A stretch of DNA of 62,297 nucleotides, the filler included. It is 6 parts of 6 records of this genome, joined end to end, with 100 filler letters (N's around TTAATTAATTAA, not from the genome) between each part and the next. Parts side by side here need not be neighbours in the genome. Positions count along the whole stretch, not along the records: positions 9,105 to 16,205 come from SRR31156797_7173; positions 16,306 to 21,974 come from SRR31156797_7181; 4 more parts are not named here. One strand, given 5' to 3'. Shown here piece after piece: positions 9,107-17,868 of this stretch (within the stretch, counting starts at the first letter, position 1; the number at the start of each line of letters is the position of its first letter). Position numbers and translations under genes: made by a program. The notes under the pieces were generated by a model. It saw nothing but the letters and a program-made list of their open reading frames with translations, was not told the origin of the DNA and searched no databases.

Positions 9107-11500
9107 AACATGGTGTCTGTGACAGATCCCGAGGGCAATCAGACCCTGTTTGAATACGATGCGGATGATAACCTGGTGCAGAAGACCGATTCCGAAGGAA
9201 ATGCCGTTTCCTACGGGTATGACACCGAAAGCCGGTTGATCAGCACCATTGACGGCCATGGGGATGAAACAAGAGTGGAGTTCCAGGATACGGCCGGCAC
9301 AGACTGTTCATCCTGCACCAATGCCACCGGCAGTCTTCCGTCACGGGTGATTTTTCCCACCTTTGAGAAAACCTTTACCTATGATGAACGCAACCGGAAA
9401 ACCGTTGAGGCGGACCACCCGAACGAAAGTACTGAATATAAAACTTTTTTTGAGTATGATGAGGCTGGCAACCTGATTGCCAGCACGGACAAAGAGGGGC
9501 ATGTCACCACCTATACCTATGACAACTTGAATCGGCGGGTAAAGGAAATAGACTCCATGGGCGGCGAGACGGTGTATGCATATGACGACCGGGATAACCT
9601 GATTGCCCTGACCGATGCCGAGAACCAGACCACAAGGTTTGAATATGACGGTGCCAACCGTCTGGTCAAGGAAACCCGCCCCATGGGCGAAGAAACGATT
9701 TATCGTTATGATGCTGCCGGCAACCTGGTTGAAAAGATTGATGCCAAAAAACAGAAGACCGAGTATGAATACGATGATTCCGGCCGTTTGACGGGAACCC
9801 GTTACTTTGTAGTTTCTACTGATACCGAGGCGGTCAAGACCGTGGCCTTTACCTATGACAATATGGGTAACCTGACCGGTTACGACGACGGCACCACTTC
9901 GGCAGTGTATACCTATGACAGTCTCTATCGCAAGACCGGAGAAACGGTGAACTATGGATGTTTCAGTCTTGAAAACAGATATACCTATTACAAAAACGGG
10001 CTGAAAAAGACTTATACCGGACCGGATGCCACTACTCACGGGTATTTGTATGATGCCAACAATCAGCTTTCTGCCATTCAGATTCCTGATGTTGGGTATG
10101 TCACCATTGGCGAATATCAATGGATCCGTCCCAAGGTGATGACTCTTCCCGGCGGTACTAAAAAGACTTTTGAATATGATCCTCTGATGCGGATTAAACA
10201 GATCACGGCCACTGATCCGGCAGAGAATCTTTTGACTGCCTATTCATATACCCATGACAGAATGGACAATATCACAGCCAAGTCCACAGAACATGGAGAT
10301 TATACCTATGGGTATGATGATCTTTATCGACTTACTGAAGTGGATAACCCGGTTCAGGTTGAAGAGGTCTTTGCCTATGACGGCGTTGGCAACCGGTTGA
10401 CATCTGCTGCTACATCGGGCGAGTGGACCTACAACGATAATAACGAGTTAACCGTCTATGACGATGTGAGTTTCGAATATGATTACAACGGCAACATGAT
10501 TGAAAAAAGTGCTGATGCTGTGGTGACTCGATATTATTACAATATCGAAAATCGTCTGGAACGTGTGGAGGATGAATCAGGGAATGTGATTGCCGAGTAC
10601 TATTATGACCCCTTTGGACGACGATTGTGGAAGGACGTATCAGGGGAGCGGACTAATTACCATTACAATGATGAGGGATTGGCTGGTGAGTATGGTGCTA
10701 ACGGCACGGAGACCAAGACATATGGGTATAAGCCTGATTCTATCTGGACTACTGATCCGTTGTTTATGAAGGTAGAATCAGAATATTATTTTTATCAGAA
10801 CGATCATTTGGGAATACCTCAAAAACTGATTGATACGAATGGTACAGTTGTCTGGAGTGCGACTTATAATTCGTTTGGAGAGGTAACTTATAGAGTTGAA
10901 AATAAAATTAATAATTTGAGATTCCCTGGACAATATTTTGATGCAGAGACTGAACTTTATTATAATTATCATCGTTATTATGATCCAAGCCTTGGAAGAT
11001 ATATAATACAAGACATAGTGAGAAATAAAGAGATCAACCTGTATTCCTATTCTTTTAATAATCCATTCGTTTTTTTTGATTACTTAGGGCTGAGCCCCAA
11101 TGATAATAAGTCCGCTATAGAAAATGAAGTTAAGAAAAACTTTGATCAAATTGTGAAAGATTTTAATGATAAAGGCTACAGAAATACAGCTTGGCCTTGG
11201 TTTGGTAATATGGAGAAACATTGGGGTTTAAATAAAAACCGTAAAACATGCATCCAGCAAAGAGATGAATTGGAATATGAGTTTAAAAAAAGGGGCTATA
11301 CGAAAGAAAATGGTTGGCAATGGGAAGATATGTATAGATTTGGCGAAGAAACCGGAGGCGTTATTTGGTATGGAGATACCCCGTTAGTGGAATATCCCTT
11401 TAACCACACTTGGAGTAGATTGAGTAAAGATGAACAAGTTTTTGATTTAGATCCTTGGGCAGGAACAATATCTGTAGTAGACAATGCAGAAGAGCAATAG
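9107..11500 (+). CDS. RHS/YD-repeat protein with C-terminal putative toxin domain (5' truncated)
   Basis: Many YD repeats; RHS core YYDPFGRR, DHLGIP, NLRFPGQYFDAETELYYNYHRYYDPSLGRY; degenerate cleavage motif NPFVFFDYLGL; 135-aa C-terminal domain from 11093. Confidence 0.93.
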   Translation, partial: NMVSVTDPEGNQTLFEYDADDNLVQKTDSEGNAVSYGYDTESRLISTIDGHGDETRVEFQDTAGTDCSSCTNATGSLPSRVIFPTFEKTFTYDERNRKTVEADHPNESTEYKTFFEYDEAGNLIASTDKEGHVTTYTYDNLNRRVKEIDSMGGETVYAYDDRDNLIALTDAENQTTRFEYDGANRLVKETRPMGEETIYRYDAAGNLVEKIDAKKQKTEYEYDDSGRLTGTRYFVVSTDTEAVKTVAFTYDNMGNLTGYDDGTTSAVYTYDSLYRKTGETVNYGCFSLENRYTYYKNGLKKTYTGPDATTHGYLYDANNQLSAIQIPDVGYVTIGEYQWIRPKVMTLPGGTKKTFEYDPLMRIKQITATDPAENLLTAYSYTHDRMDNITAKSTEHGDYTYGYDDLYRLTEVDNPVQVEEVFAYDGVGNRLTSAATSGEWTYNDNNELTVYDDVSFEYDYNGNMIEKSADAVVTRYYYNIENRLERVEDESGNVIAEYYYDPFGRRLWKDVSGERTNYHYNDEGLAGEYGANGTETKTYGYKPDSIWTTDPLFMKVESEYYFYQNDHLGIPQKLIDTNGTVVWSATYNSFGEVTYRVENKINNLRFPGQYFDAETELYYNYHRYYDPSLGRYIIQDIVRNKEINLYSYSFNNPFVFFDYLGLSPNDNKSAIENEVKKNFDQIVKDFNDKGYRNTAWPWFGNMEKHWGLNKNRKTCIQQRDELEYEFKKRGYTKENGWQWEDMYRFGEETGGVIWYGDTPLVEYPFNHTWSRLSKDEQVFDLDPWAGTISVVDNAEEQ

Positions 11501-11534
11501 TGTATAGGCTTGGTTAAAAATCGTTACAAATTTC

Positions 11535-11745
11535 AAATTGGGTCGGACCGAGCTAATTAACTGAAATAAAACCTGATAGGTTAATCGCTATAGCGATATT
11601 TGGTTTAAATAGATGTTTGGCTTGAGTTAGGTTTAATTTGAATTTGGTTAAATTGGGGGAGTAAATTTGGGGTCGGGCCAAGCTAATGGTTTGAAATTAA
11701 AATAAATAGATGGATGGAGCACTATAGTGATATTTAGGCTTAAAT
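11535..11745 (+). repeat. Two imperfect ~80-bp direct repeats, each with an internal palindrome
   Basis: 11535-11610 aaattgggtcggaccgagctaat...cgctatagcgatatttggtttaaat versus 11663-11745 aaatttggggtcgggccaagctaat...cactatagtgatatttaggcttaaat. Confidence 0.75.
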
Positions 11746-11916
11746 CAATGTTTTTTCCACCTAAAGGAGCAGTTAAAGGAACCCAGACCGGATTAAAGGA
11801 CCAATTTAAGCAATTAAAAATGAGACAAACTAAAAATACATAAAATTACAAACCCCAGAGAATTTCTGGGTTCAACCCTACAAATAGTTTTAAAAAGTAG
11901 AGGTAAGGGAAAGATA

Positions 11917-14900
11917 ATGAAAAAGAACGGATGGTTGGCTCAAGCGGCGGCACTGGTGATATTGCTCCTAACAGGAATGATTGTTCCCTTTACGGCAATG
12001 GCGGAAGATTCAATCTGCGCCACGGTAAAAATCCAGATTGTCCAGGAGTTGACCCTGGAACGTCAGGCGTTTGATGCCAACATGAAGATCACCAACGGGC
12101 TGACCAATATCTCTTTGGAAGATGTGGAAATAGAGGTCTCCTTTGCCGATGAGGACGGCAATACTGTGCTGGCCTCATCAGACTCAAGTAACACCGATGC
12201 CCTGTTTTTCATCCGCATTGATTCCATGGACGGCATAGATGATGTGGCGGGTGACGGTATTGTGGCTCCGGACTCAGCGGCGGATATCCACTGGCTGATC
12301 ATCCCGGCCCAAGGGGCAAGCAACGGCCTTGAGTCCGGCACCCTTTACTATGTGGGGGCGACCCTGACCTACACCATTAACGGCAAAGAGCACATCACGG
12401 AAGTCTCTCCCGACTATATCTATGTCAAGCCCCTGCCGGATTTGACCCTGGATTATTTTCTGCCAAAGGATGTATACGGGGATGATCCCTTTACCAGCGA
12501 GATTGAAGAAGAAATTCCCTTTCCATTAGGGGTCAGGGTGAGCAACAATGGTGAGGGAACCGCCTATTCCCTTAAAATTGAATCTGCCCAGCCCAAGATC
12601 GTGGAAAACGAGCTGGGATTATTGATCGATTTTCATATCCAGGGCAGCGAGGTCAACGGGAACGAGGCCATGGACAGTCTTCTGGTGGATTTCGGCAACA
12701 TTGAACCCAATGAGGCGGGCACGGCCCGCTGGATCATGACCTGTTCCCTTTACGGCCAGTTTGTGGAATTTACAGCCGAGTTTACCCATTCCGATGAACT
12801 GGGCGGTGAAATGACCTCCCTGATTTCCGCCGTGAACACCCATTTCCTGGTCCACGACGTGCTGGTGGACCTGCCCGGCCGGGACTCAATAAAGGATTTT
12901 CTCGCCCTGGATGGTGTTGAATACACGGTTTATGAGTCAGGCAATGTGGACACCGCCGTAACGGACCGGAGCGGTTCTGCCACCCTGGTAAGAACCAGTA
13001 CCTCGGGCACCCGGACCATCTATACCCTGACGGTGCCGGCCACCACCGGACCCATGGTGGTAAAACTGGACGATCCCCTGTCCGGGGAAAAGGAGATCCT
13101 GTCCGCCACCCGTTCCGACGGCAAAACGATTTCCGAAGACAATGTCTGGCTGTACAAAACCCGGGAAAAAGACAATCCCTGGGATTGCTATTTTTATCTG
13201 TTTGACGTGAACACCCCCGGGACTTACACCATTGTGTTTGAAGATCCCACTATCCTGCCCCAGGCCCCGGTGCTCCAGTATATCCCGGACCGGCAGCGGG
13301 TAGAGGGACATCAGTTGTCCTTTATTGTTGAAGCCAGCGACCCCAACGGCACCATTCCGTCCCTTTCCACCTCCGTCCTGCCGGTGGGTGCCACCTTTGT
13401 GGACAACGGCGACGGCACAGGGCTGTTTGACTGGACCCCCATGGGCGGCCAGGCCGGTACCTATCCAATAAAATTCACCGCCTCAGACGGGACCCTGTCC
13501 GCTTCCCGGACCGCCACCCATACCATCTGCTCCCTGGACGACACGGACTGCGACGGCATGAACGACCAGTGGGAACTGGACAATTTCGGCACCCTGGACC
13601 GGGACGGCACCGGTGATTATGACGGGGACGGGATCTCTGACCTGGATGAATACCTGAACGGCACGGACCCCAACGGCACGGAAAATGCGCCCACGATGCC
13701 TGTGATTTATGCCCCCCAGACCGGAAAAACCGTAACCGAATACCAGCCGGAACTGTCCGTGGAATGCAGCACAGATGCGGACGGCGATACCTTAACCTAT
13801 GAATTTGAACTCTTTTCCGATGCCGGATATACCACGCTTGTGGCAAGTGAAAGCGAGGCTACGGAAACAGGTAGCATTGTTCCCTGGACCGTTCCGGTGG
13901 GACTTGAGGAAAACCAGACCTATTACTGGCGGGCCAGGGCATTTGACGGGACAGCCTACTCCCTTTGGGCCCATGGCCGGTTCCTTGTCAGCCGGACCAA
14001 TGAAGTGCCCGGATCGTTTACCCTTTTGACACCACGGGATTCCGGTGCTGTGGACACCCTTGCCCCGATCCTTGTGTCCGGGTTCAGCACAGATCCTGAA
14101 AATGATGCTTTGACCTATACATTTGCCGTGTATGCGGATGAGGCGCTCACGAACCGGGTCGCCACAGGCCAGGGGGCTCAGGATGCGAAATCCGGCATGG
14201 TTTTCTGGCAGGTGAGCGAATCCCTTGCCGACCAGACCACCTATTACTGGCAGGTCGTGGCCGAGGATACGGATGAAAACACCGTATCAAGTCCGGTCTT
14301 TTCCTTTTTCGTGCAGACGGCAAATCAGACTCCGTCGGTCCCCGATATTGTTTCTCCGCAATCCGGCAGTCAAATAAACACCACGACAGTTACGTTCTCT
14401 ATCGGGGCAGTCAGTGACGTTGACGGAGACGAGGTGGACTATGATTTCCAGGTGGATGTTTCAAAGGATTTCAGCTCGCAGGATCTGCTGAGTGCCGCCG
14501 CCGATGAGATCATGCTTTCCGATGACACGGTTCAATGGCAGGTTAAAGACCTGGCCGAAAATACCCTTTATTACTGGCGGGCAAGGACCCGGGACAGCGT
14601 GTCCGCAAGCCGGTGGGGCTACGGACAGTTTTTTGTAAATACCTATAATGATACGCCGGTCACCCCTGTGATCAAGAACCCGGGCAGTCTGGCCTGGGTG
14701 GATACGCTCAGCCCCGTTCTGTCGGTGCACCAGACCGAAGAACCGGATAATGACGCCGTGGGGCTGGTAGTTGAACTGTATGAGGATGAGGCTCTTGAAG
14801 AGTTGGTGGTTGAGGAGTCTTCAGATACTCTTGGGGTAACCGTTTCCCAGGAACTTGAAAACAGTACCTGGTATTATTGGCGGGCCAAATTGGTGGATGC

Positions 14901-15930
14901 CCATGGGGTTGAAGGACCATGGAGCGATGTCCAGGCCTTTTTTGTGAAACAGGACAATTATGATGATCCGCCCACCATCACCTTGACTGCCCCGGACAGC
15001 GATACCGTCCTGACCATTGCCGGTGAGGATACAGCCTTTTCCATTACATGGAAGGATGCTGACCCGGATTCCAGTGCCCAGATCTCTTTGTTCTACGATA
15101 CTGACGCCTCCGGGCAAGACGGCACTTTGATCGCTTCCGAAATATCGGAAGACGCTGACGGCAACGCTGGTTCCTATGAATGGAAACCGTCCGGGATTGC
15201 AGGGGGAACCTACTACCTTTACGCCACCATTTGGGACGGATCCAATACCGCCGCAGAATATGCTTCAGGTTCCATTCACATCAATTACCCGCCGCTGGCA
15301 CCGTCCCTGCCCACACCGACGGATTATGAAGCGGATCTTTCACCAGATCTGATCTCCCTGCTGTGGGCCGGCGGGGACCCGGATGCGGATAACACCCTGA
15401 CCTATGATATTTTTCTGGGACAAAGTGAAGATGCCCTGGAACTGATCTCCACCACAGAGAACACGGAGATGTTTGACCTGACAGGTCTTACATACGGCAC
15501 CACATATTACTGGAATATTGTTTCCAAAGACCAGTATGCTGCCCGGACAACCGGTCCGATCTGGCAGTTCTCCACCTTTGCAGAGGATGCCGACCATGAT
15601 GGTGACGGCCTGCCCAACAAAGAAGAAATTGACCTGGGGACAGATCCCTTTGATGAGGATACGGATCAGGATGGATTTGATGACTATACGGAAAGTCAGG
15701 CCGGATCATCCCCCACAGATTCAGCAAGCAGTCCTGATATGCCGCCGCCATACGGGGATACAGACCAGGATGATGATGTGGATGGCACAGATATTTTTAA
15801 GTTCATGTCATCCTATGGAGCCATCAATGATGACCCTGACTATAATGCCGATGCAGATATTAACGATGACGGTGTCATAGACGACAAGGATCTTGAAAAA
15901 CTGAGACGGATTTTCGGTTATTCATATTAG
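11917..15930 (+). CDS. Large secreted acidic surface protein: unassigned N-terminal region, Ig-like domain, DxDxDG Ca-binding repeats, FN3-like repeats, C-terminal dockerin-like module
   Basis: Signal peptide ending AMA-E; five TYYW-type FN3-like units; DTDCDG/DYDGDG/DHDGDG/DTDQDG motifs; C-terminal GDTDQDDDVDGTD...ADINDDGVIDDKD pair. Confidence 0.8.
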   Translation: MKKNGWLAQAAALVILLLTGMIVPFTAMAEDSICATVKIQIVQELTLERQAFDANMKITNGLTNISLEDVEIEVSFADEDGNTVLASSDSSNTDALFFIRIDSMDGIDDVAGDGIVAPDSAADIHWLIIPAQGASNGLESGTLYYVGATLTYTINGKEHITEVSPDYIYVKPLPDLTLDYFLPKDVYGDDPFTSEIEEEIPFPLGVRVSNNGEGTAYSLKIESAQPKIVENELGLLIDFHIQGSEVNGNEAMDSLLVDFGNIEPNEAGTARWIMTCSLYGQFVEFTAEFTHSDELGGEMTSLISAVNTHFLVHDVLVDLPGRDSIKDFLALDGVEYTVYESGNVDTAVTDRSGSATLVRTSTSGTRTIYTLTVPATTGPMVVKLDDPLSGEKEILSATRSDGKTISEDNVWLYKTREKDNPWDCYFYLFDVNTPGTYTIVFEDPTILPQAPVLQYIPDRQRVEGHQLSFIVEASDPNGTIPSLSTSVLPVGATFVDNGDGTGLFDWTPMGGQAGTYPIKFTASDGTLSASRTATHTICSLDDTDCDGMNDQWELDNFGTLDRDGTGDYDGDGISDLDEYLNGTDPNGTENAPTMPVIYAPQTGKTVTEYQPELSVECSTDADGDTLTYEFELFSDAGYTTLVASESEATETGSIVPWTVPVGLEENQTYYWRARAFDGTAYSLWAHGRFLVSRTNEVPGSFTLLTPRDSGAVDTLAPILVSGFSTDPENDALTYTFAVYADEALTNRVATGQGAQDAKSGMVFWQVSESLADQTTYYWQVVAEDTDENTVSSPVFSFFVQTANQTPSVPDIVSPQSGSQINTTTVTFSIGAVSDVDGDEVDYDFQVDVSKDFSSQDLLSAAADEIMLSDDTVQWQVKDLAENTLYYWRARTRDSVSASRWGYGQFFVNTYNDTPVTPVIKNPGSLAWVDTLSPVLSVHQTEEPDNDAVGLVVELYEDEALEELVVEESSDTLGVTVSQELENSTWYYWRAKLVDAHGVEGPWSDVQAFFVKQDNYDDPPTITLTAPDSDTVLTIAGEDTAFSITWKDADPDSSAQISLFYDTDASGQDGTLIASEISEDADGNAGSYEWKPSGIAGGTYYLYATIWDGSNTAAEYASGSIHINYPPLAPSLPTPTDYEADLSPDLISLLWAGGDPDADNTLTYDIFLGQSEDALELISTTENTEMFDLTGLTYGTTYYWNIVSKDQYAARTTGPIWQFSTFAEDADHDGDGLPNKEEIDLGTDPFDEDTDQDGFDDYTESQAGSSPTDSASSPDMPPPYGDTDQDDDVDGTDIFKFMSSYGAINDDPDYNADADINDDGVIDDKDLEKLRRIFGYSY

Positions 15931-16100
15931 ATCATAAAGGTTACGATGTTTCAGCTATCCAGACAATATTGAGGCATAAGAGCCCAACGACAACAAATGA
16001 CTATTTGAAAAGCAAAGGTATAGAAGCAACCAGGGAGGTACTTGAAAAAGGGGTGTCAGGACCAGAGACAATTGTCCCGTTTAAAAAGAAGAGAGCGTGA
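15927..16100 (+). pseudogene. C-terminal remnant of a tyrosine recombinase/integrase
   Basis: Manual translation LDHKGYDVSAIQTILRHKSPTTTNDYLKSKG...KKKRA* matches box II (L[R/G]H...TT..Y); no start codon or N-terminal part. Confidence 0.8.
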
Positions 16101-16136
16101 CCAGGATCGGTCCGGATTTTTTTGTGTCCGCAACGT

Positions 16137-16168
16137 AAAAAGGCTCTCAGCAAAACGCTGAAAGCCTT
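16137..16168 (-). terminator. Intrinsic terminator-like hairpin downstream of the tRNA 3' end
   Basis: Minus strand aaggctttcagc-gtttt-gctgagagcctt followed by ttt. Confidence 0.65.
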
Positions 16169-16179
16169 GATAGTCTAAG

Positions 16180-16205
16180 TGGCGTCCCCAAGGGGATTCG
16201 AACCC
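16180..16205 (-). tRNA. 3' end of tRNA-Glu (partial gene or att copy)
   Basis: Reverse complement GGGTTCGAATCCCCTTGGGGACGCCA gives a T-arm, acceptor strand and CCA typical of tRNA-Glu; anticodon not visible. Confidence 0.8.
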
Positions 16206-16305
16206 NNNNNNNNNNNNNNNNNNNNNNNNNNNNNNNNNNNNNNNNNNNNTTAATTAATTAANNNNNNNNNNNNNNNNNNNNNNNNNNNNNNNNNNNNNNN
16301 NNNNN
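16206..16305. other. Artificial contig linker
   Basis: N-run with TTAATTAATTAA. Confidence 0.99.
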
Positions 16306-16593
16306 ACAGGGGGAACAGGTTTTAGTAAAAGAGACATCACACCTGAAGCCACTTTGATGGCAATAGACAGACAAACATTTGGGATATCAGAAGCAATAAG
16401 GTATAACAGTTTGAAGATAACGCCAAAGGCGATGTTATCTAGAGCAGTATCCGGTATTAGAGGAAATAGTTTAATTATAAATCTACCAGGTAGTCCAAAA
16501 GCGGTAAAAGAATCTTTAGAATTTATACTAGATCCTCTACTACACGGACTTGAAATATTAAATGGAGATGCTACAAATTGCGCCAGAAAATAA
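16306..16593 (+). CDS. mogA: Molybdopterin adenylyltransferase MogA/MoaB family (5' truncated)
   Basis: TGGTGFSKRDITPEAT...AMLSRAVSG...NLPGSPKAV. Confidence 0.9.
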   Translation, partial: TGGTGFSKRDITPEATLMAIDRQTFGISEAIRYNSLKITPKAMLSRAVSGIRGNSLIINLPGSPKAVKESLEFILDPLLHGLEILNGDATNCARK

Positions 16594-16626
16594 GTTGATG
16601 CTTATGATTATTGAAAAGAGGTTATT

Positions 16627-17868
16627 ATGGATTTTTTTAATGTATTAACTGTAGAACAAGCTAAAGAGAAATTAAATAAAATAATTGAACTTCACAATAT
16701 TGATAGTGAAGTAGTAAAGATAGATGATGCTCTAAATAGAGTCGCTGCTGAAGATATAGTTTCTAAGGAAAATCTACCTGAGTTTAATCGTTCAACAGTT
16801 GATGGTTATGCTGTTATTAGTAGTGATGTAATGGGAGCGTCAGAATCTATACCAAGTTTTCTCTCATATATTGATGAAGTATTAATGGGAGAGAAGATAG
16901 AGAAAAAAGTGGAATCAGGACAGGCAATATATGTTCCAACTGGTGGAATGTTACCAGAGGGAGCAGATGGCGTAGTTATGATTGAATACTCTGAAAAATT
17001 AGATGAAGAAACCCTACTCCTATATAGACCTATTGCACCTGGAGAGAATGTATCTTACGTTGGAGATGACCTCAGAAAAGGAGAACTTATCCTAAATACA
17101 GGGAGAAAGATTAGTCCATATGATATAGGTTTGTTAGCAGGTTTAGGTATATCAGAGATTAGAGTTTATAAAAAACCTATCTTCTCTATTCTATCTACAG
17201 GTGATGAGATAGTTGATATAGATGACAAAAAAAGTATTGGTAAAATTAGAGATATAAATGGTTATGCCCTAAGTGCTCTTGTTGAGAGTTTCGGAGGAGA
17301 GCTTTATACACGAAAGATAGTAAAAGATGATTTTCAGTTATTAAAAGAGACTTTGGGAGAGATGATAAATAAATCAGATGTAGTGCTGATATCAGGTGGA
17401 AGTTCTGTAGGGGTGAGAGATTATACTAAAAATTTGATAGAGTCATTTGACGGCGGCGAAGTTTTGGTTCATGGTGTATCTGTTAAACCCGGAAAACCAA
17501 CTATAATTGGAAATGTTAATAAGAAGTTAGTATTTGGTCTTCCCGGTCATCCAGCATCAGCTCTAATGATATTTAATGTATTTGTAAAAGAGTATTTTGA
17601 TAATATATATAATAAAAAAAGTGAAATACTTATTATAAATGCTGAACTAAGTAAAAATGTTCATTCGGCACCAGGTAAAGAGACCTATCAGATGGTTTCT
17701 CTACAGAGAGAAGGCAATAAATATTTAGCAGTACCAATATATGCAAAGTCTGGAATGATTAGTTTGTTATCACAATCCAGTGGGTATATTCGAATTACTA
17801 ATGAAAAAGAGGGTTTGATAAAGGGAGATATAGTGGAAGTTAACTTGCTTCAGGAGGTGTATATCTAG
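16627..17868 (+). CDS. moeA: Molybdopterin molybdotransferase
   Basis: RSTVDGYA, STGDE, SGGSSVG, KPGKP and GLPGHP motifs. Confidence 0.95.
   Translation: MDFFNVLTVEQAKEKLNKIIELHNIDSEVVKIDDALNRVAAEDIVSKENLPEFNRSTVDGYAVISSDVMGASESIPSFLSYIDEVLMGEKIEKKVESGQAIYVPTGGMLPEGADGVVMIEYSEKLDEETLLLYRPIAPGENVSYVGDDLRKGELILNTGRKISPYDIGLLAGLGISEIRVYKKPIFSILSTGDEIVDIDDKKSIGKIRDINGYALSALVESFGGELYTRKIVKDDFQLLKETLGEMINKSDVVLISGGSSVGVRDYTKNLIESFDGGEVLVHGVSVKPGKPTIIGNVNKKLVFGLPGHPASALMIFNVFVKEYFDNIYNKKSEILIINAELSKNVHSAPGKETYQMVSLQREGNKYLAVPIYAKSGMISLLSQSSGYIRITNEKEGLIKGDIVEVNLLQEVYI

Noticed and set aside
9341-10120. 259-aa minus-strand ORF within RHS as a possible immunity gene
   Set aside because: Antisense shadow of the YD repeats.
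11501-11916. CRISPR array or integron attC array
   Set aside because: Only two degenerate ~80-bp copies plus a partial one; no regular repeat-spacer period, no cas or intI gene, and no clear RYYYAAC/GTTRRRY boxes.
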